From NCBI GenBank assembly GCA_038063555.1, contig JBBTUX010000010.1, forward strand, positions 22,936-86,935: a DNA stretch of 64,000 nucleotides, given 5' to 3'. Position numbers and translations under genes: made by a program. Source of the DNA: Patescibacteria group bacterium (GTDB lineage: Bacteria > Patescibacteriota > Minisyncoccia > Phycocordibacterales > JAKFXT01). Positions 24,983 to 34,095 of the stretch are shown here, piece after piece (the stretch's first letter is position 1; each line of letters begins with the position of its first letter). The notes under the pieces were generated by a model, which was not told where the DNA came from, did no database searches, and worked only from the letters and a program-made list of their open reading frames with translations.

Positions 24983-25798
24983 ATGCCAAAGATAAAAAAC
25001 AATATAAGAATCAAGAAGTGGCCCAAGAAACAATTTGGGCAAAACTTTCTGACCAACAAAACAATCGTTAATAGAATGGTGAAAACTGCTCTAATAAAAG
25101 AAGCTGACATTGTTCTTGAAATAGGAGCGGGCAAGGGAGTTTTGACAGAAGAATTACTCAAAAGTGGAGCAAGAGTTTTGGCTGTTGAGAAAGATCGCGA
25201 CTTGATACCAGAATTGAAAGAAAGGTTTTCTGAAAAAATAAAAAATGAAAAATTAATTTTGATTGAAAAAGATATTCGCGACATTAATTTAAAAAATTAC
25301 AAATTTAAAAATGGTAAGTGGAAGTTGGTTGCCAACATTCCTTATTACATCACTGGAGAAATTCTAAGAAGATTTTTGGAAAATAAAATACAGCCATCTC
25401 TAATGGTCCTAATGGTGCAAAAAGAAGTCGGGCAAAGAATTGTGGCGCGAGATGGCAAAGAAAGCATTCTTTCAATTTCTGTAAAAGTATACGGCAAAGC
25501 AACTCTTGTTTCCTATGTTTCCCGTGGCAATTTTACCCCGTCGCCAAACGTTGATTCGGCTATTATAAGCATCTCAAATATCAACAAGAATTTTTTTAAA
25601 GGTTTCAGTGAGAAAAAATTCTTTGAAATACTGAGAACAGGCTTTGCTCATAAGAGAAAATTCCTTTTTTCTAATTTATCTATTCTTTTTTCTGTAGATA
25701 AACTGAGAAAATCTTTCAAAAAGGCAAATATACCCCTAAATATAAGGGGGGAAGACCTTTCTTTATCACAATGGGGTGAATTATCTCTGCTACTTTAG
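24983..25798 (+). CDS. rsmA: 16S rRNA (adenine1518/1519-N6)-dimethyltransferase
   Basis: ...KKQFGQNFL...VLEIGAGKGVLTEEL...NIPYYIT... are KsgA motifs. Confidence 0.85.
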   Translation: MPKIKNNIRIKKWPKKQFGQNFLTNKTIVNRMVKTALIKEADIVLEIGAGKGVLTEELLKSGARVLAVEKDRDLIPELKERFSEKIKNEKLILIEKDIRDINLKNYKFKNGKWKLVANIPYYITGEILRRFLENKIQPSLMVLMVQKEVGQRIVARDGKESILSISVKVYGKATLVSYVSRGNFTPSPNVDSAIISISNINKNFFKGFSEKKFFEILRTGFAHKRKFLFSNLSILFSVDKLRKSFKKANIPLNIRGEDLSLSQWGELSLLL

Positions 25799-25887
25799 AG
25801 AGTGGGGACGATCTTAAGGCCAAATATTGAAAACTATCCCCAAAGGTAGGTGTCTTTAAGGAATTAAGGGACATTTGTCTGATACAA

Positions 25888-26952
25888 TTGGTGGAGGCAA
25901 AGATGGAAAACTTTGCAAAAATACTGCCTAGCAGACGCTTTTCGGCCGTGTTGGGGTCGTTGGTATTTGTTATTGTCTTAGTTTGGGGAGCCAAAGCCCT
26001 TTCTATGTCAAAAAATTCTTCTGTTTCCATTGCCGATAGCCCCTCTCTCATTACAAGCAGTGAAATAGAACGTCTCTCTTTTGAAAAAGTAAATTTGATT
26101 GATAGCGATGAAGATGATCTGAAAGATTGGGAGGAAATTCTCTGGCAAACCGACCCTAAAAACCCCGACACTGATAGCGACGGAACAAACGATGGGGAAG
26201 AAATAAAGAAAAATAGAGACCCTAAAGTTAAGGGTCCTAGCGACACTTTGCATTTACCAGTTGGCACCGACCAAAGCACAGTAAATAAAGTTGAGGAAAA
26301 ATTAACAACCACAGATTTGGTGGCGCGAGATTTTTTCAGTAAATACCTCGCCGCAAAACAAAGTGGGCAACCTATAGACAGTAATATATCTGGCCAAATA
26401 GCTTCCTCTGTTTTAACGCAAACAAAAACTATAGGAATAGTCAGACTTTATAGCCAAGGCGATTTAATAATTGATAAAAACGACAACACCGAAAATTTAA
26501 AAAGTTATGGTGAAAAAATGGGAAGCATTATAAAAAATACACCTCCTTGGAAAGAAAGTGAGTTAGAAATTATTAAGCAAGCGCTTGAAAGAGAGGACGA
26601 GAGCATTTTGAAACGACTTGACCCTATTATAAATGGCTACACTTCAATGCGCGAACAAATGTTAAAAATTACTGTGCCAGAAAAAGCGATTCCTACTCAT
26701 TTGGATTTATTGAATGCTATGGAGAAAATAATTTCTTCACTAAAATCCGCTCAAAATGTTTTCAAAGACCCGGTAACAGCATTGACGATTTTTGGAAAAT
26801 ATTCAGAAACAATTACAGGGCTTCATAGAGTTTTTATTGATATACGAGGACTTTTCCAAAGAAATAACATTACCTATGACAGCTTAAAAAACGATGGATA
26901 TTACTATGCCAATTTTGCAGATTTAATTGAATTGAGCGCAAAAAAACAATGA
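25888..26952 (+). CDS. Hypothetical signal-anchored/secreted protein with acidic DTDSDGTNDGEE Ca-binding-like repeat
   Basis: 354 aa. N-terminal hydrophobic segment, DxDxDG motif. Confidence 0.45.
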   Translation: MVEAKMENFAKILPSRRFSAVLGSLVFVIVLVWGAKALSMSKNSSVSIADSPSLITSSEIERLSFEKVNLIDSDEDDLKDWEEILWQTDPKNPDTDSDGTNDGEEIKKNRDPKVKGPSDTLHLPVGTDQSTVNKVEEKLTTTDLVARDFFSKYLAAKQSGQPIDSNISGQIASSVLTQTKTIGIVRLYSQGDLIIDKNDNTENLKSYGEKMGSIIKNTPPWKESELEIIKQALEREDESILKRLDPIINGYTSMREQMLKITVPEKAIPTHLDLLNAMEKIISSLKSAQNVFKDPVTALTIFGKYSETITGLHRVFIDIRGLFQRNNITYDSLKNDGYYYANFADLIELSAKKQ

Positions 26953-28598
26953 TTATTTCTTCTTTGCAAAAGCAAAATAGGTTGATATTTAAGGCCGTTT
27001 CTGTGTTTGTAGTATTAGCGTTTTTATTTTCACCTATTCTACCTGCCAAAAAAGTCGAGGCGCTAGTTGTGAGTTGTCCAGTTTGTGAGGCCATACTTAC
27101 CACCATAAGCACTGTGTCGACCTACATAATTGGCGGTGGCATAGCGTTTTTGGTTACTAAAGAAAAAGTCCTAGACCCGATTTTCAAAATGATTGCGCGC
27201 ATGATTTTACGGGGCATAACACAAAGCATTATCCAATGGGCAGCTGGTGGCTTCCAAGGCAATCCATCTTTTATACAAAACCCCACACAATTTTTTGCCA
27301 ATGTGGCTGACCAGGCCATAGGACAAATAATTTATAACAACGCCGGCCTACAATGGATGTGTAGTCCATTCCGGCTTCAATTGAAACGCGCTCTTATTTA
27401 CAATCGCTCTTTTACCCAAAGGTCACAGTGTACCTTGACCGGCATAGTCGGAAACTATGAAGGATTCATAAGTGGAGTTAATAATGAACTTGGAACTTTG
27501 GGTGGTTGGAATGCCTGGAACGTAATGGCAACGCAACCAGAAAATAATCCCTATGGAGCATACGCACTTTTTAATCTTCAGGTTGAAGCCGCTATTACAA
27601 CTGACAAAACGCGCGAGCTCAATCTTCTAAATTGGGGTAAGGGATTTTTCTCTTGGAAAGAGCCTGGATGTGTTCAAAGGGCAATGGCAAATAAGCAAAT
27701 ACAAGATACAAGAGATGTTTACGAAGGTGAGGGAGGCGGAGCTCCACTTCCTCAAGTAGTAAGTGAGGACGCTGCGGGTAATGTGAATCTTTACGATCGA
27801 GTGCCAGAGAATACCAACCCAAACAAATGCGACACAATCACTCCCGGAAGCGTCATCGCTGACTCCGTCAACAAAGCTCTTGGTGCGGGGCAAGACGAAC
27901 TTATTGCGGCGGATGAAATCGGTGAGGTTTTGGGAGCCGTGCTTTATGGACTGGTTACCAATGTTTTGGGGGATGCTGGTTTGTTTGGCGCCGGCGGAGG
28001 GGGTGGCGTATATTCAAATGATTACGAGGCACAAGTAGAGCAAGAGGATAGAGAGGTTTTTCAAACAACTAAAAACGACACTGTTTCTCAAATAGTTTCT
28101 AGTGCAAACGATGAAAATAGTTATATTGCAACTAAAAATCAATCTATTGCTCGTATAGAAATTTCAGCCCAAAAAGTGCGTGACATTATAGGGTGCTATC
28201 AACAAAGAATTGCTCTTGCCGCAAGTAGCACAGAGCCGGTTAATATAGCTCTGTTCCAAAATGAAATTGCTAGCGCCTCAACCACGCTTGCTCAAGTTCT
28301 CTTAAGAAAAGCACCTCTTCAGAGGGACATATCAATAGGGGAAAACAACTTAAACAATTTAAATTCATTGGGCGACCGAATGAGTGCTTTGCCGTATGAA
28401 AGAAGAGATTCTTTCCGCTCCCTTGCAAATGAATTTGCAAACTTGCTTTCTCAAATACATTACCAAGGAGATGTGATACAGGCAGAATATGAACGCGATT
28501 TCACCATTCCTGAAAGTTTGAAAACAATAGATACTCAGAGTGATCAGAAGTTCCAACAATGTCAAAATCCGCCTGAAACAAACAATCAAGCAGTATGA
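26949..28598 (+). CDS. Hypothetical membrane-anchored large extracytoplasmic protein (first gene of T4SS-like cluster)
   Basis: 549 aa. N-terminal TM, Gly-rich GAGGGGGV segment. Overlapping start/stop with neighbours (operon). Confidence 0.45.
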   Translation: MIISSLQKQNRLIFKAVSVFVVLAFLFSPILPAKKVEALVVSCPVCEAILTTISTVSTYIIGGGIAFLVTKEKVLDPIFKMIARMILRGITQSIIQWAAGGFQGNPSFIQNPTQFFANVADQAIGQIIYNNAGLQWMCSPFRLQLKRALIYNRSFTQRSQCTLTGIVGNYEGFISGVNNELGTLGGWNAWNVMATQPENNPYGAYALFNLQVEAAITTDKTRELNLLNWGKGFFSWKEPGCVQRAMANKQIQDTRDVYEGEGGGAPLPQVVSEDAAGNVNLYDRVPENTNPNKCDTITPGSVIADSVNKALGAGQDELIAADEIGEVLGAVLYGLVTNVLGDAGLFGAGGGGGVYSNDYEAQVEQEDREVFQTTKNDTVSQIVSSANDENSYIATKNQSIARIEISAQKVRDIIGCYQQRIALAASSTEPVNIALFQNEIASASTTLAQVLLRKAPLQRDISIGENNLNNLNSLGDRMSALPYERRDSFRSLANEFANLLSQIHYQGDVIQAEYERDFTIPESLKTIDTQSDQKFQQCQNPPETNNQAV

Positions 28599-31021
28599 GA
28601 AAGAAATTTGAATACATAATAGTAATTTCAATAATTCTTCAAAGTATTTTTGGATTTGTTTTGCCGGCGCAGGCGCAAGAAAATGACAATGTAAGTGCCA
28701 CATTTAATGCCGAAAATGCCACACAAATAAATAATGCCAACACCACCATTCCCTCAGGAGGATTGGAAAACCCTGCAAACAATCCAAGCAATCCAAATGC
28801 TTACAGTCCTCAAGCCGCCGCACAAGAAGCGCAACAAAAACAAGAAGCCGCTAAAAATGCGAAAAAAACTGAAATTCCAGAATTATGCACTTGGAAAGAG
28901 AAAGTTACGTTAAACATATCGGAATGCGTGGGAAACCTTCTTTTAGTCATAGGAGGCGCTTTTGTGGGAATAACAGGAACATTTTTAAACTTCTCAATCG
29001 AGATTACAGTTTTACAAATGTCAAAATTTGTTAATGACGTTGGAGTTATTACCGCGGGATGGAAAACTTTCCGCGACCTTGCCAATATGTTTTTCATCTT
29101 TATATTAATTTATATTGCCATTGCCACAATTATAGGTGCTGCCAGTATGAATACCCGCAAATCGCTGGTAATGGTAATAATTGTAGCCCTTCTTATTAAC
29201 TTCAGTATGTTTTTCACTAAGGTAGTAATTGACGCATCAAATATTCTGGCCATTCAATTTTATAATTCTATAAGCAAAGGGCCTAGTTCTTCAAATAATG
29301 GTTTCTCTTGGGTTTTTATGAACGCTTCGCGTCTTACCACCCTTTACCCGACCGACAGTTCTGCGACTGATAGTGCTAAAGCTAAGGGGTATAAAGGATC
29401 AAATATTCTTCTAATTGGTTTCTTCGGGCTTATATTTGGGATTATTTTATCTTTTTGTTTTCTTGCTATAGGAATTTTATTTGTTATAAGATTTGTAGTT
29501 TTACTTTTCTTAATGATGCTTTCGCCAATTGCCCTTTTGGGTCTTGTTGTAAACAGAATGGGAGAAGTTTGGACTAAGTGGCTTAACACATTATTTAGAG
29601 AAGCCATTTTTGCTCCGACTATTATGGCCATGCTTTGGATTATTGCTTCAATAGTGAACAATACGGCCTTCATAAATGCAATAAACCGAAATGGTCAAAC
29701 AGATGGAGGATTTTATAATATCATTGGGGAAACAATCAAAGATTCCATGGCTGTGGCAGTTAATTTTGGAATTTTGATAGCAATGCTCATAGGAGCTCTC
29801 ATTATTTCAAAAAACTTCAGTGGTTCAGCCGGCGGCGCCGTCTTGGGCGCCGCCGAAAAGTGGTCCAGAAAAGCAGCTGGTGGCATGACTTTCGGCGCCG
29901 CCGGCTTTGCTGGAAGAAAAAGCTTTGGCTGGGCAGGAAACAAATTGGCTGAAAATAAGGGGCTTGAACGCTTTGCGGCTAGAAATCCTTTTGTTGGTGG
30001 AAATATTTTGAGAGCGGCAAAGGGAGTTGCGAGTTCTAGTTTTGACGCTCGTGGCGCAGGAATCAGTGCCTTGGGAGATGCCGGAGGGAAGGGTGGTTAC
30101 AGAGGCATACTTGAGGCGCAAGTTAAAGAACGCCAACGCAGAGCGACAGAACTTAAAGATGTAAAAATCTATTCTGATGAAAAAACTGAAACCGAAGCCA
30201 CAGGCAGAGAAGAAGCTATAAAAGGATATGACACTCGCATTGCTGAATTAAATAAAAAAGCCGCTGAATTGAGAATGGTAACACCGAAAGACGTGGCTGA
30301 TGGAGAGAGATTGGCGGCAGAAAGAGAAAATATTGAAAAACAAAGAGTGGGAACTATAAATCTAAGAAACGAAGCCCAAGCCAAACTAAAAGAAATTCAT
30401 ACAGATCAAGGCAGAACAAAAACAGGTGAGCAGGTTTATGGTGAGCAACTAATGCAAGGACCAATTGCTGCTGTCATGAAGAGGCTTTCAGCAGAACGTG
30501 AAAAGTCTTCCAAAAAGATAGACGAGCCATACGCCAAAGATCGATATAAACAAGAAACCAAATATGCCGATGATATTACTCTTAATAGACTCGATGCTCA
30601 AATAGAAGAGCTTAGGGCACAGCTAGAAAGGGGAGCGAAAGCGGGGGTCAATGCTTCAGAAGCTATCGCGCGACACACCGAAGAACTTTCTAAGGTTGCT
30701 GAGAAAATGTCTAAAGTGGATTCAGAGGTCAAGTGGGGTCGCGCTAGTAACGAAGAAAGAGAGGTCTTAAAAACTGAGAGTGAAAATCTTAAAAAGAAAA
30801 TCGATGAGATTCAAAAAAACTCAAGTCGAGCGGCTAATTTACAAAAAGAACTTTTAGAAAAACAAATAAGCGACCTTAAAAATCAAAAAAGTAAAATCAA
30901 AGGTAAAAGAGCAACAGAAAAATTCCGCGAAGTGGTAAAAGAGTTTGGGTATGATGAAGAAAAAAAACAAGAAAAACCAACACCTGAAGTAAAAAACGAT
31001 GGTGGGGAAGCGAAAACATAA
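28595..31021 (+). CDS. Polytopic membrane protein, TrbL/VirB6-like, with long Lys/Glu-rich coiled-coil C-terminal extension
   Basis: Signal peptide, then ≥6 TM helices, then a ~350-aa charged tail. Architecture and context (next to PrgI-like and VirB4-like genes) suggest VirB6/TrbL. Confidence 0.4.
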   Translation: MRKKFEYIIVISIILQSIFGFVLPAQAQENDNVSATFNAENATQINNANTTIPSGGLENPANNPSNPNAYSPQAAAQEAQQKQEAAKNAKKTEIPELCTWKEKVTLNISECVGNLLLVIGGAFVGITGTFLNFSIEITVLQMSKFVNDVGVITAGWKTFRDLANMFFIFILIYIAIATIIGAASMNTRKSLVMVIIVALLINFSMFFTKVVIDASNILAIQFYNSISKGPSSSNNGFSWVFMNASRLTTLYPTDSSATDSAKAKGYKGSNILLIGFFGLIFGIILSFCFLAIGILFVIRFVVLLFLMMLSPIALLGLVVNRMGEVWTKWLNTLFREAIFAPTIMAMLWIIASIVNNTAFINAINRNGQTDGGFYNIIGETIKDSMAVAVNFGILIAMLIGALIISKNFSGSAGGAVLGAAEKWSRKAAGGMTFGAAGFAGRKSFGWAGNKLAENKGLERFAARNPFVGGNILRAAKGVASSSFDARGAGISALGDAGGKGGYRGILEAQVKERQRRATELKDVKIYSDEKTETEATGREEAIKGYDTRIAELNKKAAELRMVTPKDVADGERLAAERENIEKQRVGTINLRNEAQAKLKEIHTDQGRTKTGEQVYGEQLMQGPIAAVMKRLSAEREKSSKKIDEPYAKDRYKQETKYADDITLNRLDAQIEELRAQLERGAKAGVNASEAIARHTEELSKVAEKMSKVDSEVKWGRASNEEREVLKTESENLKKKIDEIQKNSSRAANLQKELLEKQISDLKNQKSKIKGKRATEKFREVVKEFGYDEEKKQEKPTPEVKNDGGEAKT

Positions 31022-31042
31022 GATAGAATGTAAAATATAAAC

Positions 31043-31906
31043 ATGCACTATTCACCTGATGAGTTACAAAGAAAATTTGATTCTCTGCCTGAAGAACTAA
31101 GGGAAGCGATTACTTCTGTTGACTTTGCCAAGTCCCTGCAAGAAATTGGCAAAACGAGTGGCTTGCACTTAGACCAATTAGATCAACTTTTTGAAGAAGT
31201 CGGTTTTGTTTTACTTGGAATGACACACCCAAGCGAGTTTGGCAGAAAAATTGGTGTTTTATTTAATCTTCCAGAAGTTGCTAGAAACAGTTTGGTAAAA
31301 GAAGTTGATGAAAAAATATTTAAACCAATTAGAACGTCTTTAATGTCTCTTCACAGTAAAACACCAAAAACGACCAACGACTTACGACCAACGACTTACG
31401 ACAGACAAACAAATGAGGTCAAACCCCGAGAACAAGCAATTCCTCATGAAACTGACTATAGTATGTCGAGAGCTGATATATTGTCTGCAATTGAGAACCC
31501 TGTGACCAAAAAAGTTAACATCGATAACACTCCAAAAAGGAATGTAGAAACTAGTGACCCTCATCTATATTTGTCGGAGCATAATGAAATGATTCAAAAA
31601 ATGAAAATTGCTCCTTTAGCAGGAAACATAATTACTCCTAAAAAATCCTTGGCAGAAGAAGCTGTTTTGGTAGCCCAGAAAAAAGTGGAGGGTGACAAAA
31701 GGACTCCCTCTCCCGACAAATCGCAAAATCCCTCTCCAATAATAATTCAGAAAACGCCCCCCGCTCCACAAAATATTCAACCTTTAACAATAGCCACTTC
31801 TCCTTTGGAAAAATTGAGCAGTGTTGTCCGTATTCCCAGACAGTCTGTCAACATTACGACACCGCCTACAACAAAAGGTGTCGATCCTTATAGAGAGGTT
31901 GTTTAA
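31043..31906 (+). CDS. Hypothetical protein with in-frame tandem CGACCAACGACTTACGA repeats (PTTND/PTTYD) and Pro/Thr-rich C-terminus
   Basis: 287 aa. Repeats at 31371-31406. Confidence 0.45.
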   Translation: MHYSPDELQRKFDSLPEELREAITSVDFAKSLQEIGKTSGLHLDQLDQLFEEVGFVLLGMTHPSEFGRKIGVLFNLPEVARNSLVKEVDEKIFKPIRTSLMSLHSKTPKTTNDLRPTTYDRQTNEVKPREQAIPHETDYSMSRADILSAIENPVTKKVNIDNTPKRNVETSDPHLYLSEHNEMIQKMKIAPLAGNIITPKKSLAEEAVLVAQKKVEGDKRTPSPDKSQNPSPIIIQKTPPAPQNIQPLTIATSPLEKLSSVVRIPRQSVNITTPPTTKGVDPYREVV

Positions 31907-32340
31907 GAACCAACAACTGACGACTTACAACTAACAATGAGAAAATTCAAATTTCTTGACTGGCAGGTCTATAAAGACTCTCGGGACTTGTTTTCTGAAA
32001 TATTAAAAATTGTAAAAAAATTACCAAAAGAATATAGATTTGAATTGGGGAGTCAGGTTATTCGCTCGTCTCTTTCTATAACCCTGAACATAGCGGAAGG
32101 TAGCGGAAAAGAATCTGACAAAGAGCTTGTTCGTTTTATTGAGATAAGCCTGGGTTCTGCGTATGAAACATTGGCCTGTTTAGACTCAATGAGAAATAGC
32201 GAGTTGATAACCTTGGTAGAGTTTAACAATTTGCAAGAAAAAATTTCCTCTGTTTGTAATCAACTCGGCGGACTAAAGAAAAAAGTTGTCTTAACAGAGA
32301 AGTTGTAAGTTGTTGGTTGTTGGTTGTAAGTTATAATTAG
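31907..32340 (+). mobile_element. IVS-like inverted-repeat element carrying four-helix-bundle gene #1
   Basis: Left flank gaaccaacaactgacgacttacaactaaca. Right flank gttgtaagttgttggttgttggttgtaagtt (reverse-complement relationship). Located between two operon genes. Confidence 0.5.
31937..32308 (+). CDS. Four-helix-bundle protein (23S rRNA intervening-sequence protein family, TIGR02436/PF05635-like; Avd-like fold)
   Basis: 123 aa. ...SQVIRSSLSITLNIAEGSGKES...GSAYETLACLD is the family pattern (NIAEG..R/K). Confidence 0.7.
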   Translation: MRKFKFLDWQVYKDSRDLFSEILKIVKKLPKEYRFELGSQVIRSSLSITLNIAEGSGKESDKELVRFIEISLGSAYETLACLDSMRNSELITLVEFNNLQEKISSVCNQLGGLKKKVVLTEKL

Positions 32341-32343
32341 CTC

Positions 32344-32868
32344 ATGCAATATCAAGTTCCACAATTTATAGAGGTTGAGGACAAACTTTTCGGTCCACTC
32401 ACTTTAAAACAGTTTATTTACCTTGCTGGGGGGGTTGGCATCGCGGTTGTTCTCTATATTTTCATTCCCATTAAATTTATAGCCATAATTATAGCTGTTC
32501 CTTTTGTCGCTTTTGCTATAGCCCTTTCTTTTTATAAGATAAACAGCAAGCCGTTTATTTTCACACTGGAGGCAGCTGTTGGTTATTGGCTGAAAAACAA
32601 ACTATACATTTGGAAAAAAACAACAAAGAAGATTGAAGCCAAAAAAGAAATGGTTGATGAAGGTCCTTCCATAGAAACTCTTTTAGCCCCCCGTCTTTCT
32701 GACAGTCGTCTTAAAGATTTGGCCTGGAGTTTAGATGTTAAGGAGCGCCTTGATTCAAGCCCCTTGGCAAAATACAAAGAGAAAAAACTTTCATTTGAAG
32801 AAGAGGAGAAGGAGAGGGTCGAGTTCACTAAGAACTATGACCTGGGTGCAAAAGGTCATAGTTCTTAG
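32344..32868 (+). CDS. PrgI-family-like small membrane protein (VirB3 analogue of Gram-positive-type T4SS)
   Basis: MQYQVPQFIEVEDKLFGPLTLKQFIYLAGGVGIAVVLYIF..., then a second TM and a charged tail. Context upstream of VirB4. Confidence 0.4.
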   Translation: MQYQVPQFIEVEDKLFGPLTLKQFIYLAGGVGIAVVLYIFIPIKFIAIIIAVPFVAFAIALSFYKINSKPFIFTLEAAVGYWLKNKLYIWKKTTKKIEAKKEMVDEGPSIETLLAPRLSDSRLKDLAWSLDVKERLDSSPLAKYKEKKLSFEEEEKERVEFTKNYDLGAKGHSS

Positions 32869-33300
32869 AGTTAAGAGTTACGAGATATGAGTTATGAAAA
32901 AATTAAAGATTTTACCGACCTTAGAGTATGGCAAGAGAGTCACAAATTGGTTCTTTTGACATACTTATTAACTAAAAAGTTTCCTGCTGAAGAAAAATTC
33001 TCACTTACTAGCCAACTTCGTAGGGCAGTTGTATCTATAACTTCAAATGTTGCCGAGGGTTTCGGAAGACAAAGCTATAAAGAAAGGATACAATTTTATT
33101 ATATGGCTCAAGGTTCATTAATTGAAGTAAAAAATCAACTTTTAGTGGCAAGAGATATTGGATATCTTGACAAGATAAATTTTGAAAAAGTTATGGAACA
33201 ATCAAATGTCGCTCATCAATTATTGCAAGGATTAATTAGAAGTTCTAAAGAATATCTTACTCGTAACTCGTAACTCTTATCTCATAACTCATTTTATGGC
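32851..33300 (+). mobile_element. IVS-like inverted-repeat element (GAGTTAYGA units) carrying four-helix-bundle gene #2
   Basis: Left arm agagttaagagttacgagatatgagttatga overlaps the start codon. Right arm tcgtaactcgtaactcttatctcataactc overlaps the stop. Arms are reverse complements of each other. Confidence 0.55.
32887..33273 (+). CDS. Four-helix-bundle protein (23S rRNA IVS protein family) #2
   Basis: 128 aa. ...LRVWQESHKLVLLTYLLTKKFPAEEKFSLTSQLRRAVVSITSNVAEGFGRQSYKERIQFYYMAQGSLIEV is the canonical family sequence. Confidence 0.75.
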   Translation: MSYEKIKDFTDLRVWQESHKLVLLTYLLTKKFPAEEKFSLTSQLRRAVVSITSNVAEGFGRQSYKERIQFYYMAQGSLIEVKNQLLVARDIGYLDKINFEKVMEQSNVAHQLLQGLIRSSKEYLTRNS

Positions 33301-33928
33301 ACAACAACAAACAGGTTCTACGCAAGATTTTGTGCCTATAAAGGAGGTGCGTGATGGAGTTGTAATACTTAAAGATGGCGGTCTAAGAGCCATACTTTTG
33401 ACATCTTCCGTTAACTTCGCTCTAAAATCGCAAGACGAGCAGGGATCAATAATTTTTCAATTTCAAAACTTTTTAAACTCGCTTGAATTTCCTATTGAAA
33501 TATTTCTTCAGTCAAGAAAATTGGACATAAGACCATATCTTTCGCTTTTAGAAAATCGCTATCGCGAACAAGTGGTTGATTTGCTGAAAATACAAACTCG
33601 CGAATATATTGAATTCATAAAAAGTTTCACTGAAAGCGCCAACATTATGACTAAAAGTTTTTTTATAGTAATTCCTTACACTCCTCCAATTTTAACTTCT
33701 TCCTCGGTGGGAAACTTTTTCGGTGGCAATAAAAAACCTACCCCGCAAGATTTATCTAATCAATTTGAAGAACATCGAACTCAATTGGAGCAAAGAATCT
33801 CCGTTGTAGAACAGGGAATGGTGCGTACCGGAGTAAGGGTTGTGCAACTTGGCACAGAAGAAATAATCGAGCTTTACTATAAAATATTCAATCCGGGAGA
33901 GCAGGACAAACCAATGAAATTGTCGTAG
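33296..33928 (+). CDS. virB4: VirB4/TrbE-family N-terminal domain (gene split from the ATPase part)
   Basis: DFVPIKEVRDGVVILKDGGLRAILLTSSVNFALKS resembles N-termini of Gram-positive VirB4 proteins (PrgJ/TcpF type). 210 aa; 210 + 604 gives a typical VirB4 length. Ends in a perfect 18-bp hairpin. Confidence 0.5.
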   Translation: MAQQQTGSTQDFVPIKEVRDGVVILKDGGLRAILLTSSVNFALKSQDEQGSIIFQFQNFLNSLEFPIEIFLQSRKLDIRPYLSLLENRYREQVVDLLKIQTREYIEFIKSFTESANIMTKSFFIVIPYTPPILTSSSVGNFFGGNKKPTPQDLSNQFEEHRTQLEQRISVVEQGMVRTGVRVVQLGTEEIIELYYKIFNPGEQDKPMKLS

Positions 33929-33944
33929 ACAATTTCATTGGTTT
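33901..33944. repeat. Perfect 18-bp inverted repeat overlapping the stop codon of the VirB4 N-terminal ORF
   Basis: CAAACCAATGAAATTGTC-gta-GACAATTTCATTGGTTTG. Confidence 0.7.
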
Positions 33945-34095
33945 GGAGTTACGAGTTAAGAGACGCGAGTTACGAACAAGAAAGTCCCAAAAAATACTGA
34001 ATTTGGAGTATAATTTCAGTGTATGACAACAAATAACTTGTTGGGGTCTTTTGTTAATATCATTCTCATAACTCTTATCTCATAACTCTTCCCTT
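33945..34095. repeat. 'Empty' GAGTTAYGA hairpin element between the two virB4 ORFs
   Basis: Left arm ggagttacgagttaagagacgcgagttacga, ~95-bp core containing aatttcagtgtatg, right arm tcataactcttatctcataactc. No four-helix-bundle gene inside. Confidence 0.55.
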
